From assembly GCA_038325725.1 (NCBI GenBank), contig JBBQJG010000001.1:1-61149 (forward strand): a stretch of 61,149 bases of DNA, written 5' to 3'. This DNA comes from Polyangia bacterium (GTDB taxonomy: Bacteria > Myxococcota_A > Polyangia > Fen-1088). This document shows positions 36,198-45,379 of this stretch, piece after piece. Under the pieces are notes generated by a model. It was not told the DNA's origin. It made no database searches and worked only from the letters and a program-made list of their open reading frames with translations. The position numbers were made by a program, and so were the translations under genes. Position 1 is the stretch's first letter; each line of letters begins with the position of its first letter.

Positions 36198-38156
36198 CTA
36201 TTTGGGTGGCGGCGGCGGCGGCACGGGCGCGTCGAGGATCTCGCGGACGCGCTTGGCGAGCTCGGCGGGCGTGAACGGTTTGCCGATGAAGGGGATGCCC
36301 GTCCACGCGGGTTTGTCGGTGTAGCCCGACATGATGGCGACCTTCATCGTTGGGCGCAGCGCGATCGCGCGACGCAGGAGCTCGGGCCCGCTCAGCACGG
36401 GCATGACGGCGTCGGTCAGCATGAGGTCGATCGTCGCGTCGACCTGATGGATGATCTCGAGGGCCTCGCCACCGTGACGCGCGAGGAGCACGTTGTAGCC
36501 GCGCTCGTCGAGGATGCGGCGCACGAGCTGGCGCACGGCCTCGTCGTCCTCGACGAGCAGCACCGTCGATTGAACGGGCGCGTCCGGGACGGGGAGGGGC
36601 GTCTCGTCGACGGCGGGCAGGTGAACGTGAATGATCGTGCCTCTGCCCGGCGCCGTCTCGACGCGTACGAAGCCGCCGCTCTGCGCGACGATGCCGTACA
36701 CCGTCGACAACCCGAGGCCCGACGCGCCCGACGACTCCTTCGTCGTGTAGAAGGGCTCGAAGGCGCGCGAGGCGACCTCGTCGCTCATGCCCGCGCCGTT
36801 GTCCTCGACGGAGATGCGCACGTAGGGGCCGGGCTTCGCGCCGAGCCCGGGCGGCAAGCTCGTCGCCGCGAGGATCACGTTCGTCGTCGTGATGCGCAGG
36901 CGGCCGCCGATGCGCATCGCCTCGCGCGCGTTGACGACGAGGTTGACCAACGCCTGCTGGAGCTGCGTCGGGTCGGCGCGCACGCGCGCGATTTCCGGAT
37001 CGAGCACGAGCTGCAACGAGACGCTGTCACCCGTGAGCCCGCGCAAGATGCGCTCGAGCTCGATGATCGCGGCGTTGACCTCGAGCACCTCGGGCGCGAG
37101 CGATTGGCGGCGGCCGAACGCGAGCAACTGGTCAACCAGGCTCACGGCGCGCTCGGTCGCCTTCTTCATTTGTTCGAGGCGGTCGCGCGCGGGCCCCGTG
37201 TGCAGCGCCGAGCCCGCGACGTCGGCGAAGCCCGAGATGGCCGCGAGCAGGTCGCCGAAGTCGTGCGCGACCGAGCCGGCCAGGCGGCCCACGGCTTCCA
37301 TTTTTTGGGCCTGGCGGAACTGGCTCTCGAGGCTGCGGCGCTCTTCGTCGGCGCGCTTGGCGTCCGTGAGGTCGCGGATGAAGCCCGCGTAGAGCGTCCC
37401 GCCGTCGGCGAGGCGCGTGACCGTCAGCTCGAGCGGGAAGCGCGCGCCGTCGGCGCGCAGGCCGACGCGCTCGACGCGAAAATCGACGATGCCGGTCTCG
37501 CTCTTCGCGTAGCGGGCGAGATCGGCGGCGAACGCCCCGCGCGCGTCGGGGGGCATCGCGAAGTCCTGCAAGAGCTGGCTGACGACGTTGTCGGCGCGGT
37601 AGCCGTACATGCGCTCCGCGGCGGCGTTGAAGTCGGCGACGCGCCCGCGCGCATCGAAGGCGATGATGGCGTCCGTCGAGGCCTCGTGGACGGCGGCCCG
37701 GTAGGCCTCGCTCGCGCGCAGCCGCTCCTGCTCCCGCCGCCGCTCGGTGACGTCGCGCGCGATCGAATAGAAGAGACTGTCGTCGTTGTCGTTTCGGTTC
37801 CGGATCGTGCTCCACTCGAGCCACCGGTAGCTGCCGTCGCGGTGGCGGTAGCGGTTCTCGAAGAACATGTGACCTGTCTGATCGGCGCGCTGAAACTGCT
37901 CGACGGTGCGCTTCAGATCGTCGGGGTGGACGAGCTCGGTCCAGGGCTTCGCGTAGAGCTCTTCGCGTGGGGTTCCGAGCACTTGCTCCCACGCGCGGTT
38001 CAACCGCCGGAAGCGGCCGTCGGCGCCGGCGATGCTCAGGAGGTCCGAGGACAGCTCGAAGAACAGCTCGAAGCGGCTGTCTGCGCCCCCGCCGGGCGGC
38101 TTTTCGCCCCCTACGCCCGAAAGTCCCCCTTGGGCCCCCTCTGTCTCGTCCCCCAT
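36198..38156 (-). CDS. hybrid sensor histidine kinase (two PAS domains, HisKA, HATPase, receiver)
   Basis: PAS blocks (...YRHRDGSYRWLEW...). H-box GSVAHDFGDLL. N/G boxes NLVVNAREAM, DNGAGMS, GLGLS. Receiver VLLVEDDEAVR...LMLTDAVMP...AIMSGY. Confidence 0.9.
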   Translation of the reverse strand: MGDETEGAQGGLSGVGGEKPPGGGADSRFELFFELSSDLLSIAGADGRFRRLNRAWEQVLGTPREELYAKPWTELVHPDDLKRTVEQFQRADQTGHMFFENRYRHRDGSYRWLEWSTIRNRNDNDDSLFYSIARDVTERRREQERLRASEAYRAAVHEASTDAIIAFDARGRVADFNAAAERMYGYRADNVVSQLLQDFAMPPDARGAFAADLARYAKSETGIVDFRVERVGLRADGARFPLELTVTRLADGGTLYAGFIRDLTDAKRADEERRSLESQFRQAQKMEAVGRLAGSVAHDFGDLLAAISGFADVAGSALHTGPARDRLEQMKKATERAVSLVDQLLAFGRRQSLAPEVLEVNAAIIELERILRGLTGDSVSLQLVLDPEIARVRADPTQLQQALVNLVVNAREAMRIGGRLRITTTNVILAATSLPPGLGAKPGPYVRISVEDNGAGMSDEVASRAFEPFYTTKESSGASGLGLSTVYGIVAQSGGFVRVETAPGRGTIIHVHLPAVDETPLPVPDAPVQSTVLLVEDDEAVRQLVRRILDERGYNVLLARHGGEALEIIHQVDATIDLMLTDAVMPVLSGPELLRRAIALRPTMKVAIMSGYTDKPAWTGIPFIGKPFTPAELAKRVREILDAPVPPPPPPK

Positions 38157-38184
38157 AGCCTTTCGAGCATAACGCCGAAAGAGG

Positions 38185-39600
38185 CTAGTGAGTGAACAGG
38201 ATCTGGTCCGAGGAAACCTGGGTAAGCAGGTTTGTCAGGTCGTCGAACTTGGCGTCGTCCAACTTCAGGCCCGGCACGACGAGCGCGCTCACGGCGAAGA
38301 GCGACGGGCCGGCGGGCAGCGGATCGGGCGAGACGCCCGGCAGTGTGAACGACGTCGTGCCGTCGAAGATCGTGATCGACCAGGCGCGCTTCCCCGCCAT
38401 CGTCTGCAGCTCGCCCCCCTGCACCGTCGCGCCCGCGACGGGCGAGAACGAATAGGTGCCCCCCGCGGCCTGCAGGCCCGTCGGCAGCGCGAGCCAGCTC
38501 GGCGCCGCCACCGACTTCGTCGCGTCGATCGCGTGCGCCCACGACAACGTCGACGGCTGCGCCTTGTCCTTGGCGTCCTGCACCTTCGCGAGCAGGTCGT
38601 ACTTGCCGTCGGAGAAGGCGCCCGTCAGCTTCGGCACGCGCGTCATGAGGTGCGTGGCGTCGAGCGCGGGCAGCACGATCGCGATGCGCCCCTCGGCGCC
38701 CAGCTGCAGGATCGGGAAGGCCTGCAAAAAGTCGATCCCCGGCGGCGGCGTCGGGAAGGTCACGTTGAAGGGCTGCATGTCGGCGTCGGCGATGAGCGCG
38801 AGCGCTTCGCCGTCGGCGCCCTGGTCCTTCGCGAAGGTGAGCCCGCGCTTGATGGCCCAACCGATCACGGTGAACGTGTCGTCGCTGTCGTCCTTGTCGG
38901 TGCCCTTGGTGTCCTGGTCGATGACGACGGCGTAGTGGGCCTGCGCGCCCGTGCGGGTCTTGAGCCGCCACGAGCAGTCGTTCGCGATGGCGTTGCGAAT
39001 ACAGACGTTCGACGCCACGGGAAATTGCAGCATGGCCCCCGCGATCGTCACCGTGACCATGCGCGTGTCCTGGGGCAGGTTGTTGACCGCGTCGTCGAGG
39101 TTGGGCGTCGACGACGGGCCCACGATGCCCAGCGTGTTGTGGTTCAGGGCGGGCGCGGGCAGCGTGTCCCAGCCCGTGATCGTCCCCGTGACGACGGCCG
39201 AGTCGATGGCCGGCGTCGCCGTCGCGCGGATCGTCATCGTGACGTTCGCCGCGTCGACGCCGATCCAGGTCGTGGGCGTGTAGCCCGCCGCCGAGGACGT
39301 CACGGACTGCTTGCCGGCGAGGATCGTGCACGCGGGCGGCGCGAACACGGCGAGGCCCGTCGAGTCGGTCGTCCCCGTGCAGGCGGCGGGATCGGCGGAG
39401 CCGCCCACGCGCACCGTCGCGCCCGAAATCGGCTTGCGCGTGATGTCGTCGGCGACGAAGACGTTGAGGCCCCCCGTGATGGGACCGTCGCCGACGCCGC
39501 CGCCTTCGATGAAGCGCGGCGCGGGCGGGGTCGAAACCGAGGCGCCGCCACAGGCCACGAGGAAAGCGGCCGACAGGAGCCAGGATACGGGCATACGCAT
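38185..39600 (-). CDS. lipoprotein with an N-terminal carboxypeptidase-regulatory-like (Ig-like) domain
   Basis: MRMPVSWLLSAAFLVA/CGG, then GGLNVFVADDITRKPISGATVRVGG...TDSTGLAVF. The remainder is unassigned. The track ORF extending to 41730 is a shadow extension. Confidence 0.7.
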   Translation of the reverse strand: MRMPVSWLLSAAFLVACGGASVSTPPAPRFIEGGGVGDGPITGGLNVFVADDITRKPISGATVRVGGSADPAACTGTTDSTGLAVFAPPACTILAGKQSVTSSAAGYTPTTWIGVDAANVTMTIRATATPAIDSAVVTGTITGWDTLPAPALNHNTLGIVGPSSTPNLDDAVNNLPQDTRMVTVTIAGAMLQFPVASNVCIRNAIANDCSWRLKTRTGAQAHYAVVIDQDTKGTDKDDSDDTFTVIGWAIKRGLTFAKDQGADGEALALIADADMQPFNVTFPTPPPGIDFLQAFPILQLGAEGRIAIVLPALDATHLMTRVPKLTGAFSDGKYDLLAKVQDAKDKAQPSTLSWAHAIDATKSVAAPSWLALPTGLQAAGGTYSFSPVAGATVQGGELQTMAGKRAWSITIFDGTTSFTLPGVSPDPLPAGPSLFAVSALVVPGLKLDDAKFDDLTNLLTQVSSDQILFTH

Positions 39601-39644
39601 GGTCCGCCTATCGACACCGCGGGCCGAAAAATGAGAAAGCCGGA

Positions 39645-42302
39645 TCAGAATTCCGCGCGCAGGCCCATCGTCGGGATCGTGATGAGCGGCCCCGAGCCGC
39701 GGCGCACGAGCCTGCCTGCGTTGTCGAGGTCGTAGCTGTAGTCCGTGATCTCGCGTTGCAGCGAGATGTTGAGCCAGTCGACGTAGAAGTCGAGGTACCA
39801 GTTGTCGAACGCCTCGCGCTTCTCGATGCGCGCGTCGATGCGCCAATAGCTCGGGAGACGATCGAGGTTGCGGTTCTCTTGCAGCCTCTGAAGCCCCACG
39901 CCTCCGTTCTCGGCGACGAGCACCGGCGGCGTCACGGGACGGCCCGTGTTGTAGTGGAACGTGCCCGCGACGGTCCACGAGCGCCCGAGCGCGTACGACA
40001 CGACGGCGTTGACGAGGTGGGTCTCGTCGAAGTCGGCGACGCGCCAGCCGAACGCGCCGTAGTTGCGCTCGGCGCGCGCGAGCGTGTACGCGACCCACCC
40101 GAACAGTCGATTGCCCAAGCGGCGGCGCGCGATGACCTCGAGGCCGTAGCTGCGCCCCGTGCGCGCCGAGAGATCCATCGTCTGATTGGGCGTGTCGTCG
40201 AAGCGCTCGAACGTGTACTCCGACACGCGGCGGAGCCAGTTGTAGTAGACCTGCGCGTCGATCGAGACGTCGCCCGGCAGCTTCGCCTCGACGCCGGCCG
40301 ACGTCTGAATCGATTCGTTGAGGCCGCTCTCGCGCAGGCCGAAGCCTTCGAGACCCGGCCACGGCAAGATGAAGCGCGGCGGCGAGTGGTAACGCCCGAC
40401 GCCACCTTTGAGAAAGAGATCGGCGCGCAGCCTGCGGCGCAACGAGAGCCGCGGATCCAACGACCACGTCCGCGTGCGATTCGCGAGGAAGCTGTCGTCG
40501 AAGCGATAGTCGAACAGGTCGGCGCGCACGCCGGGCGAGATCAGCCAGCTCGGCGTGGGCTGCCAATCGGCTTGCGTGAACACGCCGTAGGTGAGGCCGA
40601 AGCGCGGGAAGATCGTGTGGGAGAAGTCCTGGCCCTGCAGGTTCGCGCTCCACGTCTGATAGAGCGTGTCGACGCCGGCGCGCAGCTTGAGGCGTTCGCC
40701 CGCCGTGACGTTGACCGTGGCGCGCGGGCGAACGATCCACTCGACGAGGTGGGCGGGGTTGTCGGTCGCGGAGTTCGTCGTGTAGTCGGGGCCGACTTCG
40801 ACGCCGACCTCGCCGTCGACGCGGCCGCGGCGGAACATGCGGTAGCGCAGATCGCCGCGCAGAAAGCCCGTGCGCAGCACGTTCTCGGCGACGGGCGCGC
40901 CGCTGAATTCGTCGGTGTGAGCGGCCTCGCCCGCGGCGTCGCTCGCGCCGAAGATCAGCAGGCGCCACGCGCCGCTGCCGGCGCGCAGATCGCCGCGCGT
41001 CTGAAAGTCCCAGTATGTGAGCACGGCGTTGGGATTGATGGCGCGCGCGAGGAACGCGAACGTGCCGTAGCGAGCGGCCGCCGTGATGGCCGCCTCGTGC
41101 CCGAAGAGCGTGAGCGGCTGCGCGTGGTAGGCCGAGCCCTTGAAGAGGTCGAGCTCGAGCATCGTCGTGCTCGACTCGGGCGCCGCCGTTGTCTTGGCGC
41201 GGATGAGCCCGCCCGTGAAGCGGCCGAACTCGGCGGGGAAGTTGCCGGGATGGAAGTCGAGCGATTCGAGGAACAGCGGGTGGATGACGGCCGGCCCGAA
41301 GCCGAGGTGGTACAGGAGCGGCACCTTGATGTCGTCGATGAACGTGCCGGTCTGGCCGGGCGCCTCGCCGCGGATGATGGGGTAGCCGATGCCCGAGAAC
41401 ACCGACGCGACGCCCGGCAGGAGCATCGCGACGCGGAACGGATCGCCCATCGTGCCGGCGATGCCGTGGATCTCCTCGGCCTGGAGCGAGACGACGCCCG
41501 TCTCGGCGCGCACGGGCGCGGCGTGGATGACCGTCTCGTATTCGTTGAGGCGCTCCTTGAGCACGAAGTACGTGCGCTCGAGGCGCTCGCCCGGGTGGAT
41601 GCGCTCGACGCGCTCGTCCTGCTGGTGGCCGGGCGCGCGCACGACGACGGCGTACGCGCCCGGCGTCAGCGGACGCTCGGCGCGGCCGTCGGCGTCGACG
41701 TGCACGAGCTCGCCGACGTCGACGATCCACAGGCTCGCGCCCGACAGCGTCTTGCCCGTGCCCTTCTCGCGCACCTGCGCGGCCAGCACGCCGTCGGCGC
41801 CGGGGCTGTAGCGCTCGACGTTGGGAGGCAACGGCGCGCCCGGCGTGGGCGTGGTCGGGGCGGCGACGGGCTTGCGCACCTCCGGCAGCGTGAAGTGCAC
41901 GATCCAGCGCACGCGCATCGCGATCGGCACGCCCGCGCGATCGCGCGCCGGCAGGAACTTCGCGGCGCGCGCGGCAGCGACGGCGGATTCGGTGAGGCCC
42001 TCGGGCAGACCGCTCTCGACGGCGACGTCGCGCACGTCCCCGAGCGCGTCGAGCGTGAGCACGAGCGTGACATCGCCCGCGACGCCCGCGCGCGTGGCCT
42101 CGGCCGTGTAGACGGGCTGGATCGGCGTGAGCGCACGCGGGCCCGTGCTCAGATCGAACGCCGCCGCGTCGATGTCTTCGACGACCGCGGCGTCGCTCGC
42201 GCCGGCGTCGACTTCGCCCGCGTCATTCGCGCGCGCCGTGGGCGCGAAGAGCGCGATCGCGAAGGGCGCGACCACGACGAACGCCGCCCCCGCGCCCCGC
42301 AC
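39645..42302 (-). CDS. TonB-dependent receptor with N-terminal TonB-C-like and CarboxypepD_reg-like domains
   Basis: Signal peptide. PIQPVYTAEATRAGVAGDVTLVLTLDALGDVRDVAVES (TonB C-domain-like). A regulatory-like beta-sandwich. Plug (GDPFRVAMLLPGV...IRGEAPGQTG). A 22-strand-type barrel ending MGLRAEF. Confidence 0.85.
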   Translation of the reverse strand: MRGAGAAFVVVAPFAIALFAPTARANDAGEVDAGASDAAVVEDIDAAAFDLSTGPRALTPIQPVYTAEATRAGVAGDVTLVLTLDALGDVRDVAVESGLPEGLTESAVAAARAAKFLPARDRAGVPIAMRVRWIVHFTLPEVRKPVAAPTTPTPGAPLPPNVERYSPGADGVLAAQVREKGTGKTLSGASLWIVDVGELVHVDADGRAERPLTPGAYAVVVRAPGHQQDERVERIHPGERLERTYFVLKERLNEYETVIHAAPVRAETGVVSLQAEEIHGIAGTMGDPFRVAMLLPGVASVFSGIGYPIIRGEAPGQTGTFIDDIKVPLLYHLGFGPAVIHPLFLESLDFHPGNFPAEFGRFTGGLIRAKTTAAPESSTTMLELDLFKGSAYHAQPLTLFGHEAAITAAARYGTFAFLARAINPNAVLTYWDFQTRGDLRAGSGAWRLLIFGASDAAGEAAHTDEFSGAPVAENVLRTGFLRGDLRYRMFRRGRVDGEVGVEVGPDYTTNSATDNPAHLVEWIVRPRATVNVTAGERLKLRAGVDTLYQTWSANLQGQDFSHTIFPRFGLTYGVFTQADWQPTPSWLISPGVRADLFDYRFDDSFLANRTRTWSLDPRLSLRRRLRADLFLKGGVGRYHSPPRFILPWPGLEGFGLRESGLNESIQTSAGVEAKLPGDVSIDAQVYYNWLRRVSEYTFERFDDTPNQTMDLSARTGRSYGLEVIARRRLGNRLFGWVAYTLARAERNYGAFGWRVADFDETHLVNAVVSYALGRSWTVAGTFHYNTGRPVTPPVLVAENGGVGLQRLQENRNLDRLPSYWRIDARIEKREAFDNWYLDFYVDWLNISLQREITDYSYDLDNAGRLVRRGSGPLITIPTMGLRAEF

Positions 42303-42311
42303 GCGCCGCCC

Positions 42312-43115
42312 CTATTCGAACCGAATCTGTAAACCGAGCCCGGCGCCGAACGTGCGCGCCGCCTGGTCGCCGTTGAGGTGCGGGAACAAGAACCACGTGC
42401 GCAGATCGATCGCGTGTCCCATCGTCCACCCCATCCCGAAGCCGAACGGATACTCGTCGTACGAGCCGGGGTTGCTCACGCGCAGCCCGAAGAGAGGGCC
42501 CAGCCAGAACGAAGGCGTCGCCTGGATCCACACATGGATGGGAATGCTGATCGCCGACCGCGTCGGATCGTAAAAGAGCAGCGGCACGTAGAGGCCCGTG
42601 TCGACGCGGACGCGGCCGAGGTGCAGCACGAAGGGCACGGCGAACATGACGCCGAAGCGCGTGCCCGTCTCGAACGGCATGTACACGCGGCCCTCGAGCG
42701 CAATCTGCGCGACGGACCCGCGCGCGACCGACCAGCGAAGCCGCAGCTCCGGATTCGCGACGCGATCGGTGCCCGTGCCGAACGTCTCGGTCTCGTAGGT
42801 ACGGCCGTACTGGTCGGCGCGCGTCACCTGGCCGTCATAGTCGAAGCGGAACCCGGTGCGCAGGCCCAGTTCGAGCTCGTGCGTGAGGCCGCCCGCGATC
42901 TCGAGGTTCATGCCGAAGCCGTTGTAGGAACGGTCAGGATTGATGTGGGCGTGCCCGAACCCGAGGCCCAGATCGAGCGCGACGTCGCCGCGCGGGAGCG
43001 TGATGCCGCGGTAAACGAACTCGGCCGCGGCGCGCGCCGGCCGGGGCACGAGCAGCCCCGCGAGACCCAGAACGACGGAGACGACGAGGAGGCGTCGCGC
43101 GCCCGGGATTCGCAT
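42312..43115 (-). CDS. putative outer-membrane beta-barrel protein
   Basis: Signal MRIPGARRLLVVSVVLGLAGLLVPRPARA/AA. Alternating strands rich in G and aromatics. C-terminus GAGLGLQIRFE. Lies 9 nt upstream of the TBDR gene. The start is uncertain (43136 and 43175 are alternatives). Confidence 0.55.
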   Translation of the reverse strand: MRIPGARRLLVVSVVLGLAGLLVPRPARAAAEFVYRGITLPRGDVALDLGLGFGHAHINPDRSYNGFGMNLEIAGGLTHELELGLRTGFRFDYDGQVTRADQYGRTYETETFGTGTDRVANPELRLRWSVARGSVAQIALEGRVYMPFETGTRFGVMFAVPFVLHLGRVRVDTGLYVPLLFYDPTRSAISIPIHVWIQATPSFWLGPLFGLRVSNPGSYDEYPFGFGMGWTMGHAIDLRTWFLFPHLNGDQAARTFGAGLGLQIRFE

Positions 43116-43210
43116 CGACGCGGGGCGAGGCATGCGGGGATGATCGTCCGATCGCGACGCGGCGGCAACCGCCAAAACCGTCGGGATTCGCGCTATAGAT
43201 CGCCGCTTCG

Positions 43211-44653
43211 ATGAGCCAATTGGTCAAGCTGCGCACGCCGGGCACGACGCCGGCCGTCACAACGGCGGCCGCCACAACGATGCCGACGGACGCTCCCGCC
43301 CCCGCGACCACGGCCCCCACGCGCCTCGCGTACGTCGAGACGTACGGCTGCCAGATGAACGTCGCTGACACAGAGACGTTCCTCGGCCTGCTCCACGGCG
43401 CCGGCTATGCACGCACCGACGATCCGGCGCGCGCCGATCTGATCCTGCTCAACACGTGCGCCGTCCGCGAGAAGGCCGAGGAGCGCGTGTTCGCCCGCGC
43501 GAGCGAGCTCGCGCAGCACAAGCTCAAGGACGACGGCGCGCCGCGCGCCAACCCGCCCGTCCTGGGCATCACGGGCTGCATGGCCGAGCACCTCAAGGGG
43601 ACAATCCGCGAACGCGCGCCGTACGTCGATCTCGTGATCGGCCCCGACGGCTACCGGCGCCTCATCGCCAACGTCGAAGAGGCGCGCGCGGGCCGCGCCG
43701 TCGACGACACGAAGCTCGACAAGTTCGAGACCTACGAGGGCCTCGATCCGTCGCGCGAGATGACCGGGGGCGTGACCGGCCACATCACGATCCAGCGCGG
43801 CTGCGACAAGTTCTGCACGTTCTGCGTCGTTCCCTACACGCGCGGCCGCGAGCGCGGCACGACCCCGCGCGAGGTCTTGCGCCAGGCGCGCGCCATGGCC
43901 GCCGCCGGCTACAAGGAAGTGCAGCTCCTCGGACAGACGGTGAACTCGTACCGCCACGAAGACGTCGGCTTCGGCGATCTGCTGCGCGCCGTCGCGACGA
44001 TCGACGGCCTCGAGCGCATCCGCTTCATGTCGCCCTACCCGCTGGATTTCTCCGCCGACGTCATCGCCGCGATGGCCGAGACGCCCAAGGTCTGCAAGAG
44101 CGTGCACCTACCGCTACAGACGGCCTCCGACGCCGTGCTCGGCCGCATGAAGCGCGGCTACGACTATGCGACCTACCGCGCGCTCGTCGGCGCGCTGCGC
44201 GCGGCGATGCCGCGCATCGCGATCACGACCGACGTCATGGTGGGCTTCTGCGACGAGACCGAGGACGAATTCCGCGAGATCCTGCGCGCGCAGCAAGAGC
44301 TCCGCTTCGACGCCGCCTTCATGTTCGCCTACTCCGAGCGCGAGGGCACCGCGGCCGCGCGCAAGATGCCCGACACGATCTCCGAGGACGTGAAGTCCCG
44401 CCGTCTCGCCGAGGTCATCGCGCTCCAGCAGACGATCACGGGCGAGATCCTCGCCGCCCAGGTCGGCCGCCGCGAGCGCGTGCTCGTCGACCACGTGTCG
44501 AAGCGCTCCGCCTCCGAGTTCCTCGCACGCACCGACGAGTTCCGCCCGGTGATCGTCCCCGCGGGTCCCGGCGTCGAGCCCGGCGCTTTCCTGGACGTCA
44601 CGATCACGCGCGCGACAAAGGCGACGCTGTTCGGCTCGCCAGCAACCCCCTGA
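43211..44653 (+). CDS. miaB: tRNA (N6-isopentenyl-A37) methylthiotransferase
   Basis: YVETYGCQMNVADTE, radical-SAM QRGCDKFCTFCVVP, C-terminal TRAM domain. Confidence 0.93.
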   Translation: MSQLVKLRTPGTTPAVTTAAATTMPTDAPAPATTAPTRLAYVETYGCQMNVADTETFLGLLHGAGYARTDDPARADLILLNTCAVREKAEERVFARASELAQHKLKDDGAPRANPPVLGITGCMAEHLKGTIRERAPYVDLVIGPDGYRRLIANVEEARAGRAVDDTKLDKFETYEGLDPSREMTGGVTGHITIQRGCDKFCTFCVVPYTRGRERGTTPREVLRQARAMAAAGYKEVQLLGQTVNSYRHEDVGFGDLLRAVATIDGLERIRFMSPYPLDFSADVIAAMAETPKVCKSVHLPLQTASDAVLGRMKRGYDYATYRALVGALRAAMPRIAITTDVMVGFCDETEDEFREILRAQQELRFDAAFMFAYSEREGTAAARKMPDTISEDVKSRRLAEVIALQQTITGEILAAQVGRRERVLVDHVSKRSASEFLARTDEFRPVIVPAGPGVEPGAFLDVTITRATKATLFGSPATP

Positions 44654-44865
44654 CTTTCTTCTCGGCCGCCTTGTTGGCAGACCCGTGGAAGAAGGAGCGA
44701 TCTGGCGCGACGGAGATTTCCCAACGTTTTGGAGTCGGTCTCGGGGCAGCTCTCCACAGGGGAGTTGGGAGCGCGTCACCGACGGTGAGACCAACCTTTT
44801 CCACATCCCCACAGGCCTTACAACATCTCCTTTCTACCGACCGCGACGCCGGATAAAAGAGAGAG

Positions 44866-45090
44866 GTGGCGGGATCGCTTCCGACAATCTCAGGGGCTGA
44901 TTGCATCGCGGCGTTGGCGGCCTTCGGATACGAACGGGCGCGGCAGAAGGGAAGTCACGTTCGCCTCGTGGCCTCGGGTCGCAATCCAGTGACGGTTCCT
45001 CTCCACTCGACGCTCAAACGTGGAACGCTCCACGCGATCCTGCGAACGACGGAGATCGACGTCGACGACTTCGTCGCGAAGCTTCGCTAG
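44866..45090 (+). CDS. hicA: HicA-family toxin (YcfA/HicA mRNA interferase-like)
   Basis: ISGADCIAALAAFGYERARQKGSHVRLVASGRNPVTVPLHSTLKRGTLHAILR matches the HicA pattern (..GF...RQ.GSH......V.VP.H..L..GTL..IL). The start is uncertain (GTG at 44866). Confidence 0.7.
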   Translation: MAGSLPTISGADCIAALAAFGYERARQKGSHVRLVASGRNPVTVPLHSTLKRGTLHAILRTTEIDVDDFVAKLR

Positions 45091-45305
45091 ACAGCGACCT
45101 TCGTAATCTCGACGTGCTCGGCGAGGGTCCAGCCCTCGCTCTCCTGATTTTCGAGACAGAGCTCGATCGCCTCGCGAATGTTCGTGAGGGCCTCTTCGCG
45201 CGAGTCCCCTTGACTGATGCACCCGGGGATCACAGGGCACTCCACAACGAAGCCGCCGTCTTCGTCTGGCGTCAGGACGACTGCAAATTCATGGGAGGCC
45301 TGCAT
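45087..45305 (-). CDS. hicB: HicB-family (UPF0150) antitoxin, short form without a DNA-binding tail
   Basis: FAVVLTPDEDGGFVVECPVIPGCISQGDSREEALTNIREAIELCLE is the classic HicB/UPF0150 N-domain. It is convergent with hicA, and the stops overlap within CTAG (45087-45090). Confidence 0.75.
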   Translation of the reverse strand: MQASHEFAVVLTPDEDGGFVVECPVIPGCISQGDSREEALTNIREAIELCLENQESEGWTLAEHVEITKVAV

Positions 45306-45379
45306 CTCATCCCAAGGATATGCCAGGCGGTAATACCGGCGCCATCCCGTCCTGCATTCATACGGAGGGTGTGACCAGA

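Noticed and set aside
44654-44865. tRNA, att site or small RNA at the edge of the hicAB islet
   Set aside because: I saw no cloverleaf-compatible arms or T-loop (GTTCRANYC-like) sequence, and no direct repeat matching the other islet edge. A small RNA cannot be excluded without folding or expression data.
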